Shown here piece after piece: positions 10,930 through 21,722 of a stretch of 64,000 nt of DNA. Position 1 is the stretch's first letter; every line of letters starts with the position of its first letter. A program made the translations under genes and the position numbers. A model generated the notes under the pieces. That model was given only the letters and a program-made list of their open reading frames with translations. It was not told where the DNA came from and made no database searches. The stretch comes from an uncultured Chloroflexia bacterium (GTDB taxonomy: Bacteria > Chloroflexota > Limnocylindria > QHBO01), in NCBI GenBank assembly GCA_963843015.1, contig CAWJIR010000005.1:6472-70471 (forward strand), in the 5' to 3' direction.

Positions 10930-11109
10930 ATGCTTCAGTTCATCAGCACTCTTCTCGCTCGCTTCTCTCGGGAGGACGAGGAAGGACAGACCCTCGTTGA
11001 GTACGGTCTGCTCCTGGCCCTGATTGCGATCATCGTGATCGTGGCCCTTCTGTTCCTTGGCCCGATCGTGAGCCAGATCTTCAGCAACGTCGCCCAGAAC
11101 CTCCAGTAG
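10930..11109 (+). CDS. flp: Flp-family type IVb pilin
   Basis: 59-aa ORF not in the supplied track: MLQFISTLLARFSREDEEGQTLVEYGLLLALIAIIVIVALLFLGPIVSQIFSNVAQNLQ. It has the classic Flp G/xxxxEY processing motif followed by a hydrophobic helix. AGGAGG lies upstream and a hairpin downstream. Confidence 0.85.
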   Translation: MLQFISTLLARFSREDEEGQTLVEYGLLLALIAIIVIVALLFLGPIVSQIFSNVAQNLQ

Positions 11110-11127
11110 GTCAGGCGCTCATTGCGA

Positions 11128-11161
11128 ACGACGCCCCCGGGCCCCGCCCGGGGGCGTCGTC
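11128..11161 (+). terminator. hairpin after flp (intrinsic-terminator-like)
   Basis: ACGACGCCCCCGGG-ccccg-CCCGGGGGCGTCGT(C), a ~14-bp stem about 20 nt after the flp stop. Confidence 0.55.
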
Positions 11162-11350
11162 ATGTGTCCGGCGCAGGTCGTGATGTGTCCGGCCCCGACC
11201 GCCAGCCCGACTAGTACCCCCCTTTCCTAGCCCACAAGTCCAGTCGAACGCGATGGACGCCGTGCGTAGACTGTTGACCGCAGTCACAATGCTGCGTGGA
11301 CTTATCCACACCCCATTCACCCCCTGCACAGTGAATAGGAGACGCTCCCC

Positions 11351-12228
11351 GTGAAGCGATCCAACCGTCTGGTGATCCTCGTCGGCGTCCTGCTGGCGGT
11401 CCTCGCCTTCGTGGGCGTCCTGTTCGTCCTCAACCAGGGCAGCGGTACGCCGGAGCCGACGAGACTCCCAGGCCGTCGTCCTGGTCGCCACCCGGGACAT
11501 CGACATCGGCGACGAAGTCACCCCCAACATGGTCGAGACGCAGGAAGTGGATCCCGACCGCGGTGCAGGGTCAGCCCTTCAGCGATCCGTCCGCAGATGA
11601 CCGGGCGCGCCGCCATCGTCGCGATCCCGCAGGCGGATCGCAGGTGAACCAGGAGGCACTCGGCCTGGTCGCCGGCGCGTCGGTGTGCATCGCGTGCCAG
11701 CTGGAGCCTGGCGAGAAGGCGATCGCCTTCCAGGTCGACCGCGTCACGGGCATGGACTTCCTGATCCTGCCCGGCGATCACATTGACGTCATCGTGAGCC
11801 AGGGACTGACCGTTCTCCAGCCGACCCAGGACACCGTCAACAACCCGCCCGAGCAGCAGCGCTTCGAGGTCGTCGCCGGTCTCGAGGGCTCGCGAACGGT
11901 GAAGACCGTCCTCCAGGACAAGCGCGTGCTGTACGTCAGCCAGGCGCGAGACGTCCCGGGCGCGGAGCCGACGCCACCGCCCGACGGCGGCGAGGCCGCC
12001 GCTCCGCCGGCGATCGTGAGCGTGATCATCGTCTTCGCGGGCACCGACCAGGACGCCGAGCTCATCAAGTTCGCCCAGGACAACGTCGAGGTCGTCGGCC
12101 CGCTGACCGCGATCCTCCGATCGGCGGATGACGACGTGCCCGAGACGACGACCGGCCTGACGATCGACCTGCTGGTGTCGCAGTACGGCGTGCCGGTCCC
12201 GAACATCATCCAGCGCTTCGAAGAGTAG
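11351..12228 (+). CDS. cpaB: Flp pilus assembly protein CpaB/RcpC (several frame changes)
   Basis: GTG start after TAGGAG. Signal-anchor MKRSNRLVILVGVLLAVLAFVGVLFVL. A SAF-like segment (..VVLVATRDIDIGDEVTPNMVE..) sits in another frame. The C-terminal part is ORF 11563..12228 (EKAIAFQVDRVTGMDFLILPGDHIDVIV..). Confidence 0.75.
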
Positions 12229-12245
12229 GCGACGGGGGCACCGGC

Positions 12246-13468
12246 GTGATCAAGGTCCTGATCGTTGACGACATCGCCGAGACGCGCGATCACCTGTCCA
12301 AGCTGCTCGCCTTCGAGCAGACCGTCGAGGTCGCCGGCGTCGCCGGCTCGGGGGAGGAGGCCATCCAGATGGCGATGGATGTCCGGCCCGACGTCGTGGT
12401 CATGGACATCAACATGCCCGGCATGGACGGGATCGCCGCTGCGGAGCTGATCTCGCAGCGCCTGCCGACGGTCGCCATCATCATGATGAGCGTCCACGGC
12501 GAGGCGGAGCAGATGCGCCGCTCGCTGCAGGCGGGCGCCCGCGAGTTCCTCGTCAAGCCGTTCTCGAGCGACGAGTTCAGCGAGACGATCAAGCGGGTCT
12601 ACGATCGGGAAGAGGCGCGGCGCCACCAGATCCAGGCGGCCATGCCGGCCGGGCCGGCCGCCGAGGAGATGGATCCGGACATCGAGCACCAGGTCATCGG
12701 CGTCTTCTCGCCGAAGGGCGGATCCGGGCGGACGACGATCGCCACCAACCTCGCGATTGCGATCAAGCAGCAGACGAACGCGCAAGGTCGCGCTCCTCGA
12801 CGCCAACCTCCAGTTCGGCGACGTGGGCGTCCTGCTCAACCTCAACCCCAAGACGCGGTCCATCGTCGACCTGGCCGACGGGGGCGAGCCTGATACCGAC
12901 CTCGTGGAATCGGTCATGATCGAGCACTCGACGCGGCGTCCGCGCCCTGCTCGCCCCGCCGACGCCCGAGGGTGCCGACCTCATCACCCCGGCCTACCTG
13001 CGGACGGTGGTCGGGCATCTCCGCACGATGCACGCGTACACCATCGTGGACCTGCCGGCCGGCATCAACGATCACTCGCTGGCGGTGATGGACGCCGCCG
13101 ACCAGATCGTAATAATGGCGGCGCTCGAGATCACCGCGATCAAGAACCTGCGGCTGTTCCTCGAGGTCGCCGACCAGCTCGGCTACGAACGCTCCAAGCT
13201 CCGCATCGTCATGAACCGATCTGACGCGACCCAGGGGATCCGGATGGGGGACGTGGAGGGCTCGATCCGTCGGCCCATCGACGGGACGATCGTCTCCGAC
13301 GGTCGGCTCGCCGTGCTGGCCGTCAACCGCGGCGTCCCATTCATCGTGTCCAACCCCGAAAGCCCGCTGTCGCGGGACGTCAATCGCCTTGCCCAGACCC
13401 TCATCGGCGGCGCCACCAGCGCCACCGAGGAGAAACCAAACCGGCGTGGTATCTTCGCGCGCCGCTGA
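12246..13468 (+). CDS. cpaE: CpaE/TadZ-like pilus ATPase-family protein with N-terminal receiver domain (two frame changes)
   Basis: REC: MIKVLIVDDIAETRDHL..VVVMDINMPGMDGI..LVKPF. Deviant Walker A: VIGVFSPKGGSGRTTIATNLA. It continues KVALLDANLQFGDVGVLLNL (ORF 12757..) and then ORF 13007..13468 (YTIVDLPAGINDHSL..). Confidence 0.82.
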
Positions 13469-13485
13469 TCGAGAAGGAAGCTGAC

Positions 13486-14902
13486 ATGTCTCTCCTGAAG
13501 CGCATCGAGCGAGCCCAGCCGGGGCAGGACTCCAGCCTGGCGGCCGTGCCGTCCGCCAGCCCCACCGCACCGCCGGGTACCGGCGGCCCCGGGGCCCAGC
13601 CGGTGAGGCGCCGGTCCGACCCTTCGCGGGCGGGGCGCCCACGCGCGAGTCCTTCCGAGAGGCCAAGTACCGGGTCCAGAACCGGCTGATCAACGAGCTG
13701 GACCCGAAGATGGACCTCAGCAACCAGGTCGAGGTCAAGCGCCAGATCGAGGAGCTGTTCGGGAAGATCGCCGACGAGGAGGGCCTGGCCCTGACCCGCG
13801 CCGAGCGCGTCCGGATGCTCGAGCAGATCACCGACGAGATCCTGGGCCTCGGCCCGCTGGAGCCGCTCCTGCGCGACGCGACCGTCACCGAGGTGATGGT
13901 CAACGGCCCGCAGCAGGTCTACATCGAGCGCGAGGGCAAGCTGGAGCTGACCGGCGTCACGTTCCAGAACGACGAGCACGTGATGAAGATCATCCAGCGC
14001 ATCATCGCCCCCATCGGCCGGCGCATCGACGAGTCGTCGCCCATGGTCGACGCCCGCCTGGTCGACGGCTCCCGCGTGAACGCCATCATCCCGCCGCTGT
14101 CGCTCGTGGGTCCGGTGGTGACCATCCGGAAGTTCGCCGCCAGCCCATTCACGGTGGAGGACCTCATCCGGTTCGGCACCTCCACCTCGGAGATGTTCGA
14201 GTTCCTCGAGGCCTGCGTGAAGGCCCGGCTCAACGTCTTCGTGTCGGGCGGTACCGGCTCGGGCAAGACGACCACGCTGAACGTGCTCAGCTCGTTCATC
14301 CCGGATGACGAGCGGATCGTGACCATCGAGGACGCGGCCGAGCTCCAGCTCCGGCAGGAGCACGTCGTGACCCTCGAGGCGCGCCCGTCGAACATCGAGG
14401 GCAAGGGCGCCGTCCCCATCCGCGAGCTCGTCCGCAACGCCCTGCGCATGCGGCCCGACCGGATCGTGGTCGGCGAGGTGCGATCGGCGAGGCGCTCGAC
14501 ATGCTCCAGGCCATGAACACCGGCCATGACGGCTCGATGTCCACCGGCCACGCCAACTCGCCGCGCGACATGCTGGCCCGCCTCGAGACCATGGTCCTCA
14601 TGGCCGGCATGGACCTGCCGCTGCGCGCGATCCGCGAGCAGACCGCCTCGGCGGTGGACCTCATCGTCCACCAGAACCGGCTCAAGGACGGCACCCGCAA
14701 GATCGTGAGCATCACCGAGGTCCAGGGCATGGAAGGCGATGTCATCGTCATGCAGGACGTGTTCGTCTTCGAGCAGACCGGCGTGAACGAGGGGCGGATC
14801 GAGGGTCGGCTCAAGCCGACCGGCATTCGGCCCAAGTTCGTCGAGAAGTTCGAGGCGGCCGGCATCCATCTGCCGCCGAACACGTTCGGATCGCCGTTCT
14901 AG
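13486..14902 (+). CDS. cpaF: CpaF/TadA secretion ATPase (two frame changes)
   Basis: Walker [15 protein letters not shown], Asp box [12 protein letters not shown], Walker [14 protein letters not shown], His box [12 protein letters not shown]. The pieces are ORFs 13486..13689, 13710..14516 and 14501..14902. Confidence 0.93.
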
Positions 14903-14926
14903 CCGATTCGGAGACGACGCGACGCC

Positions 14927-15926
14927 ATGAACATGATGCCGATCCTCATCGCCGGCCTGGGCGCGGCCGCCATCCTGGTGGTCAGCCGTCGGGATCGCGA
15001 TGAGCGGCAGCGGCGGCGGGGTCACCGACCGCCTCGAGCGGTACGCCTCGTCCCGCGCCGGCCGCTCGGAAGCGAGCGAGGATCCGACAAGGAATCGGTG
15101 GTCATCGCCGGCCTCGGGCGGGTCATCGAGCGCCAGGACATGACCGCCCGACTGAGCACCGACCTGGCCCGCGCCGACCTGAAGCTCAAGCCGGCCGAGT
15201 TCGTCCTGCTCTGGATGGCGACGCCGTTCGTGGTGCTCGTTCGGCGCGATCGCCATCGGGCTCTTGTTCCCGGCGCTCCAGAGCCCGCTGGCGCTGGTCG
15301 GGCTGTTCGCGCATCGGCGTGTGGCTGCCCCGCTTCTACCTCGGGCGGCGGCAGAAGGGCCGGCTGCAAGGCATTCAACACCCAGCTCCCGGACACGATC
15401 ACCCTGCTCGCCAACTCCCTCCGCGCGGGATCCTCGTTCCTCCAGGGCATGGAGCTGGTGACCCGTGAGGCGCGACCGCCGATCTGCGAGGAGTTCGCGC
15501 GGGTCGTCCGCGAGATGAGCCTGGGGTTGGCCCTTCAGCCGGCACTCGCCAACCTCGTCCGACGCGTCGCGTCCGAGGACCTCGAGCTGATGGTCACCGC
15601 CATCAACATCCAGGGCCAGGTCGGTGGCAACCTGGCCACCGTCCTGGACGCCATTGCCTTCACCATTCGCGAGCGCGTCCGGATCCAGGGTGAGATCAGG
15701 ACCCTGACCGCCATGCAGAAGTACAGCGGCTACGTCATCGTCCTGCTGCCCGTCGGCCTGGCCGTGCTGCTGTTCGTCATCAGCCCGACCTACATGACGC
15801 CCATGGTCGAGCAAGCCGCCCGAGGTGCTCGGCCTGCCGATGGGCGTCGTCCTGTTCCTGCTCGGCGGCCTGAGCATGGGCATCGGCTGGCTCTTCATCC
15901 GCCGCATCGTCGATATCAAGGTCTGA
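14927..15926 (+). CDS. tadB: TadB-like inner-membrane platform protein (T2SSF family; frame changes)
   Basis: LPDTITLLANSLRAGSSFLQGMELV..NIQGQVGGNLATVLDAIAFTIRER..TAMQKYSGYVIVLLP. The C-terminal TM is in another frame and ends ..FIRRIVDIKV*. Confidence 0.78.
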
Positions 15927-15930
15927 TCAG

Positions 15931-16857
15931 ATGTTCGAGAACCCGATCGTCGTCATCATCGCGGTCGTCGGCCGCGATCGGCCGTCCTGCTGATCGTGTT
16001 CGGGGCCATGACCCGGCCGCCGAAGGATGCGGTCCAGGCGCGCCTCGAGCAGCTGGTCGTCAAGCCCAAGACGCTCGAGGAAGCCGAGCTCGAGCAGCCG
16101 TTCTTCGAGCGCGCCGTCCGGCCCCTCGTCGCAGCGCCTGTCGCGGTTCAGCCGCCGGGGCGGGCAGGGCGGCATGGTCGAGGCGGCCGAGGCCCGGCTC
16201 CACCGGGCCGGCTACCCGGGCGGCCTGCGGGGCGCGGACTGGATGGGCGTCAAGGTCCTGTCCGCCATCTGCTTCGGCATCGGCTTCACCATCCTGTTCC
16301 TGATCATCAGCGGCTTCCCGCTCAACATCATGTTCGGCATCGGCGGGCTGGCCGTCGGGTTCCTGGCCCCCGAGTTCTGGCTCGGTCGCAAGATCCGCGC
16401 GCGCCAGATGGACATGATCCTCCAGCTGCCCGACGCGCTCGACCTGCTCACCATCTCGGTCGAGGCCGGCCTCGGCTTCGACGCGGCACTGGCCAAGGTG
16501 GTCGAGAAGATGGAGGGGCCGCTCATCACCGAGTTCCGCCAGGCGCTGGCCGAGATCCGCATGGGCCGGGCGCGGCGGGACGCGCTGCGTGACGTGGCCA
16601 CGCGGGCCGATGTGCAGCCGGTCACGAACTTCATCGGCGCCATCGTGCAGGCCGAGCAGCTCGGCGTGCCGATCGCCAAGGTCCTCCAGATCCAGTCCCA
16701 GCAGCTGCGGGTCGACCGTCGGCAGCGGGCGGAGGAACAGGCCGCCAAGGCACCGGTGAAGATGCTGTTCCCCATGGTGGGCTGCATCTTCCCGACCATC
16801 TTCATCGTCATCCTGGGACCTGCCATCGTCACCGTCGTCCGGGGCGTCGGCATCTGA
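15931..16857 (+). CDS. tadC: TadC-like inner-membrane platform protein (T2SSF family; frame changes)
   Basis: ATG 15931 (MFENPIVVIIAVV). The core is in ORF 16027..16857: QLPDALDLLTISVEAGLGFDAALAKVVEKM..EIRMGRARRDAL..QAEQLGVPIAKVL..KAPVKMLFPM. Confidence 0.78.
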
Positions 16858-16858
16858 C

Positions 16859-17566
16859 GTGCTGCCGGCGCTGCGGCCGGCGATCCTGCTGGTCGATGAC
16901 GACCCGACCCTCCGCGCGGTCCTGACCCGTCGCCTCGAACGCGACGGGTTCGCCGTGCAGCCCGCGGCATCGGGCCCGGAGGCGCTCGCGGCCCTGGCCC
17001 GGGCATGGCCCGCCATCCTGGTCGTCGACCTGATGATGCCCGGCATGGACGGCTTCGAGCTCTGTCGGCGGGTGAAGCAGATCGCCGACCTGCCGATCAT
17101 CGTGCTCAGCGCGGTGGACGCCAGCGAGGCCAAGGTGCAGGCGCTCGAGCACTACGCCGAGGACTACGTCACCAAGCCCTTCGACCCCGATGAGCTGAGC
17201 GCGCGGATCCACCGCGTCCTGCGCCGGACGGACTCGACCCGAGGCGGTCTGACCCTCGACGGCGGGACGCTGGAGATCGACCTTTCGCAGCGGCGCGCCC
17301 GCGTCGACGAGCGGGTGGAGAGCCTGAGCCCGACCGAGGTCCGCTTCCTCCAGGTCCTGATGGCCGCGCTGGACCGCACGGTGCCCACCGAGACGCTCCT
17401 CAACCGCGTGTGGTTCGACAGCGACCTGCCCGACCCGTCGTACGTCTGGGTCACCGTTCGCCGCCTCCGGAACAAGATCGAGTGCGATCCGAGCCAGCCC
17501 CGCGTGCTCCTGACCGATCGCGGCATCGGCTACCGGCTCAGCACCGTCGGCAGCCTGCGGTCCTGA
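16859..17566 (+). CDS. OmpR-family response regulator
   Basis: Intact 235-aa ORF. REC: ILLVDDDPTLR..VVDLMMPGMDGF..YVTKPF. Winged helix: LSPTEVRFLQVLM..VWVTVRRLRNKIE..TDRGIGYRL. The GTG start is one nt after the tadC stop. Confidence 0.9.
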   Translation: MLPALRPAILLVDDDPTLRAVLTRRLERDGFAVQPAASGPEALAALARAWPAILVVDLMMPGMDGFELCRRVKQIADLPIIVLSAVDASEAKVQALEHYAEDYVTKPFDPDELSARIHRVLRRTDSTRGGLTLDGGTLEIDLSQRRARVDERVESLSPTEVRFLQVLMAALDRTVPTETLLNRVWFDSDLPDPSYVWVTVRRLRNKIECDPSQPRVLLTDRGIGYRLSTVGSLRS

Positions 17567-17577
17567 GGGACCTCGGG

Positions 17578-19102
17578 ATGGACCTCGACCGCCCGACGCT
17601 CCGGGTCTTCCTTCTCGTCTCCGCGGTGGTCGTCCCTGCCCTGCTGGCCTTTGCGCTGCTCACGGTCTTCGCCAGGACGTGGGTCGAGGAGGTCGGGGTC
17701 GGCACCGCGTTCCTGGTGGTGGGGCTGGGGTCGTTGCTGTGGGGCGCCGTCGTGGCGCTGATCGGCGCACGGGCCCTGAGCCGCGACCTGCACGACGTCG
17801 TGTCCCTGGCCGAGCGCGGCGCGGGTCCGGGCGCCACGCCAACAGACGAAGACGGCGGTGACCTGAGCGCGGCGCAGCGTCGCCTGAAGTCAGCCCTCGA
17901 CGAGCGCAACCGGCAGATCGGAGTGCTCGCCGCCGAGATGGCCACCGCGCCGCTCACGAGTGGACCGGCCGATGTCGCCGCGCGGGTCGTCGCGGTGACC
18001 CAGGACGCCACGCGGGATCCAACGTGGACGCCTGGTCGTCCTGCGCACCAGCGATCCGACCCTCCTCCCGGTTGGTGTCTACGACGGCGACCCGGCGACC
18101 CCGCCACGACCGGCCGGGGAGCTCGAGCAATGGGCGGCCGTGGCGGAGCCGCCCGAGGCGCCTGGCCCGCGCCATCTCGACGGGCCGTGGGGTGCCGTCG
18201 TCACCGTGGACGCGTCAAGCGGCGAGGCGCTGGCGGCGCTCCTCCTGGCCCCGTGGGAGGGACGACCCGCGCCAACACCGGCCGAGCGCGACCTGCTGAG
18301 CCTGGTTGCGCAGATCGTGGGCGGCGCGATCGAACACGCGCTCCTCTACGCCCGGCTCCGCGCCCAGACCGATGAGCTCAACCGGATGGCCGCCGTCCAG
18401 TCCGACTTCCTGCGCGGGGTCACGCACGACCTCCAGACCCCGCTGACCAGCATCCGCGCCGTGGCATCGGAGCTCGGGAGCCAGAAGGGGCTCAGTCAGG
18501 CTGCCCGCAACGACCTGCTGACCATCGCCCACCAGTCGGAGCGCATGCGGCGGATGGTCGGCCAGCTGCTCGTCGTCTCACGGCTGGAGGCCGGAGCCCT
18601 CGAATCGCGGCAGGAGATCTTCCGGGCCGAGCCCATCGTGCGCCGGACGTGGGATGCGCTCCGCGACGCCGATCATCGGTTCTCGTTCGTCGCCGACGGG
18701 GAGCCGCACCTGGTGGTCGGCGACCCGGACCGTTTCGAGCAGGTCCTCTGGGCCCTGTTCGACAACGCGGTGAAGTACTCCCCCGCCGGCACCGAGGTCA
18801 GCGTGCAGCTGACCGGCCGGGCCGATGGCAACGGTGCACTCCTGAGCCACCTGGCGGTGACCGATGCCGGGCCGGGCATTGCGGCCGCGGATCGGGACCG
18901 CCTGTTCGACCAGTTCTTCCGTGGCGAGCAGGCGCGACGGATGGTGCCCGACGGGAGCGGGATCGGCCTGTACGCCGCCCGCGGCCTGGTCGAGGCCATG
19001 CAGGGGACCCTGACCGTCGACGGCGCGCCGGGCGCGGGGACGACGTTCCAGATCACCCTTCCGGCGGAACCGACCGAACCAGAGGCCGAACCTCCCGCCT
19101 GA
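17578..19102 (+). CDS. membrane sensor histidine kinase (HisKA + HATPase_c; one frame change near 18030)
   Basis: Two N-terminal TM segments, then a GAF-like middle region. H-box SDFLRGVTHDLQTPLTSI. N/G boxes: LFDNAVKYSP, VTDAGPGI and GSGIGLYAARGLVEAM. Confidence 0.85.
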
Positions 19103-19207
19103 ATTTTCCCGGCCGGTGCGGTCGGGAGCGGTCTGGGGCAGTTGGGGTTGCTCGCGAGAGGTGGAACGGCCCGCCATTGGTAATGGTGCCTGCAAGGTCG
19201 GGCTGCC

Positions 19208-19213
19208 TATACT
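19208..19213 (+). promoter_or_regulatory. candidate -10 hexamer TATACT upstream of the minor-pilin genes
   Basis: TATACT lies in the 187-nt gap after the kinase stop, 77 nt upstream of GTG 19290. No convincing -35 was seen. Confidence 0.25.
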
Positions 19214-19289
19214 CCCATCCCGCTTGCCCCGGGAGTACTACCCAGGATCCCTTTCATCGGTTCTCATCAGCCCGTCTGGAGTCATAGGC

Positions 19290-20017
19290 GTGTCCTTCCG
19301 CCGTCTCTCATCCCATAGTCGTGGCCAGGGCCTGGTCGAGTTCGCCCTCATCCTGCCGCTGCTGGCCATCTTCCTGGTCATGGCCGTCGATGCCGGACGG
19401 CTCTTCTTCGGCTGGGTCGCGCTGCAGAATGCCAGCCGCATCGGTGCCGACTTTGCGTCGACCCATGCCGATGCGTGGGGTGGAAACTTCGCCGCCGGCG
19501 CGAACGACCGCGCGAAGTACCAGTTCCTGGTCAAGCAGGATCTCCAGGCACTGGGCTGCCAGAGCGCCGCGGTGCCCGCGCCCAACTTCGACCTGGACGG
19601 CGACGGGACGTCGGACTACACCGACGGTGCCCTGGCCCGCGTCGACCTCGACTGCGCGTTCGTTCCCCTCACGCCCCTGGCTGAAGTCTTCATGGGGCAG
19701 CCATTCCTGCTGCACTCGTTCTCCGACTTCGCGATCAACCGCACGTACACGAGCGGTTTGCCGCCACCCACCAATCCGCCTCCCCTGCCCAGCGCGACTC
19801 CCGGGCCGACCCCGGGCACGTGCATCGCGCCGAACTTCATCGGTCCGCCATCGGTCCGCAGGAACAATGCCCAAGGCCTCTGGACCGCCAACGGATTCAC
19901 GACGACCGCTCGTATTCCTGCCCGGCAGCGGCAACTACCAGATCCATTCGCAGTCCCCACTCGGGCCCAGCCAGGTCGGGAGCTGCGCGACGACCGTGGA
20001 GACGGTCTGGCCCATGA
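19290..20017 (+). CDS. TadE-like minor pilin with Pro/Thr linker and C-terminal PASTA-like module (frame changes; 3' end uncertain)
   Basis: N-terminus VSFRRLSSHSRGQGLVEFALILPLLAIFLVMAVDAGRLFF (TadE_N type). Linker PPPTNPPPLPSATPGPTPGT. Then CIAPNFIGPPSVRRNNAQGLWTANGFTTT / GSGNYQIHSQSPLGPSQVGSCATTVETVWP. Confidence 0.7.
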
Positions 20018-20492
20018 CCGGACGCAGAGAGCACCGCGGCCAGTCCCTCGTGGAGTTCGCGTTGATTCTGCCGATCTTCCTGGTCGTCCTCCTGGGCATC
20101 TTCGATGGCGGGCGCCTCGTCTTTGCCTACAACACGGTGAGCAACGCCGCGCGGGAGGCGGGACGGGAAGCCACCGTGAACCAGACGGCAGCGGATATTC
20201 GCAACCGGGCTGCGCAGCATGCGGTGGCACTCGACATTCCGCCTGCCGCCGTCCTGGTCGACTACCGGAGCACGGCGATCGCCGAACATGGCGAACTCCT
20301 GCCCGTACGTCGGTGGGCGACGTCCGGATCACGACCTGCCTGGCCGTGGTGCGGGTGCCGTACGTGTTCAACGGGGCGACGCCCGTCATCAGCGCCCTGG
20401 TCGGACCCATCAATTTGATGGGAGAGGTCCGGTTTCCGGTCGAGTTCAGTTGCGTCGACGGAGGCGGGATCGACTGCCCGCTCGGTCAGTAG
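20014..20492 (+). CDS. TadE-like minor pilin (one frame change near 20300)
   Basis: MTGRREHRGQSLVEFALILPIFLVVLLGIFDGGRLVFAYNTVSNAAREAGR... The C-terminus is in the frame of ORF 19116..20492 (VRITTCLAVVRVPYVFNGATPVISALVG..). Confidence 0.72.
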
Positions 20493-20501
20493 GAGGTTGA
20501 G

Positions 20502-21722
20502 TTGAGTCGTTTCTTCGGTGGGTCGCCGCGCGGCCAGGTTCTGATCATCGTGGCCGGTGGCCTGGTCGTGATCGTGTCCATGATCGGGCTCGTGATCGAT
20601 GGCGGACAGGCCTGGGTGCGGCAGCGGGACGCGCAGAACGGCGCCGACGCGGTTGCCAAAGCGGGGACCGTCGTCGTCCAGCACTACATTGCGCTCCAGA
20701 CCCCCACACCGAACGACTTCGACGTCGCCTGCGCTGTTTCGGGCGCGGCGGCCGCGAACGGGGTGGTCGTCGATTCCGCCGAGTACGTCGACTTACAAGG
20801 GCGACGTCCTGATTCCGGCGGCTCCGGTGGGCACCTGCACCGCGGACCTCGGGGTGGGCATTCCCACCGGCGCCCAGGGCGTGAAGGCCAGGACGTCGGA
20901 GACCTTCGACACCCTGCTGATGTCGGTCATCGGCGTGGACCAGCTCACCACGGAGGCGGATGCGATCGCCGTCGTCGGCGAGCTGGTGGGGATCCCGGGC
21001 GGCGCCCTGCCGATCACGTTCCCCCAGACCGCGAACATCTGCGACCGGGTGAACCCGGTCCAGTTCACGATCCGCGCGGACGACCACGACGGCACGTGGG
21101 AGCCATACGAGATCGTCGATCCGGCGGTCACCCCGCTGACCACCGCGAACGAGGCCATCGTCCCGTTGTGCGACACCGCACCGGGATCGGTCGGGTGGCT
21201 GGATTGGGGCTGCGGCCAGAACCTGTCACAGGCTATCAGCAACCCGTGCGAGGTGTTCATCCCGATCCCGGCCTGGGTCCAGACCCAGACCGGTAACACG
21301 AACTCGCTCGAAAACGAGCTGAACGCCTACACCGGCGGTGCAGCCGGCGTCGGGACACCGGAAGCGGCGGACGCCGTCCTGGCCCTGCCGATCCACGACG
21401 GTACTTGTCGCGAGCGACGTTCCCGATCCGGATCCGATCAGTGCTTGCCCCGACGGCCGCGTGGTCAGGAACCGGCAACAACCTCTACTACCACATCCCG
21501 TTCTGGGTCGGCTTCAAGTTCGACGCGGCCTACACCCAAGGCGGGGATGTTCAGTGCCGACAGGCACCGGGCTCGCCCCTGCTGGCGAACCCCGATCCAC
21601 CGGGCAAGGTGGGCTGCCTGAAGGGCTGGTTCGTGTCGCTCTTCGAGGCGCCCGGCCCGATCAGCATCCAGCCCATCGCCCCCGGATCGACTGACCCGCT
21701 GGTGGTCACCCTCATCAACTAG
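20502..21722 (+). CDS. TadG-like (Tad_N) pilus-associated protein (frame changes)
   Basis: AGGAGG plus a TTG start. MSRFFGGSPRGQVLIIVAGGLVVIVSMIGLVIDGGQAWVRQRDAQNGADA. The rest is in ORFs 20599..21621 and 21405..21722 and is paralogous to 23103..24367 (shared GSVGWLDW/GNVGWLDW block). Confidence 0.62.

Noticed and set aside
11302-11310. Perfect DnaA-box consensus TTATCCACA upstream of cpaB
   Set aside because: It is a single isolated copy, far from the parS/strand-switch region, with no cluster or AT-rich unwinding element nearby. A single 9-mer match in 64 kb (both strands) is not strongly improbable. It is not evidence for oriC.
13919-15919. 666-aa minus-strand ORF across cpaF/tadB. Similar long shadow ORFs occur at 8309..9724(-), 23057..24481(-), 28470..30233(+), 31707..33662(+), 34374..36257(+), 41437..43137(+) and 53135..54865(-).
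   Set aside because: Each is antisense or out of frame relative to a gene with clear family motifs (CpaF Walker boxes, kinase H-box, MreB/MurA, AtpD/AtpA, ParB/GyrB). All have the same Arg/Asp/Gly/His-rich shadow composition.
19290-20492. Reading tadE1 and tadE2 as one fused protein (no in-frame stop at 20011-20019)
   Set aside because: The paralogous junction in the second module is a clean ATGA stop/start overlap. The second half begins with its own complete TadE_N leader (MTGRREHRGQSLVEFALILPIF). A one-base deletion before CCCATGA explains the missing stop.
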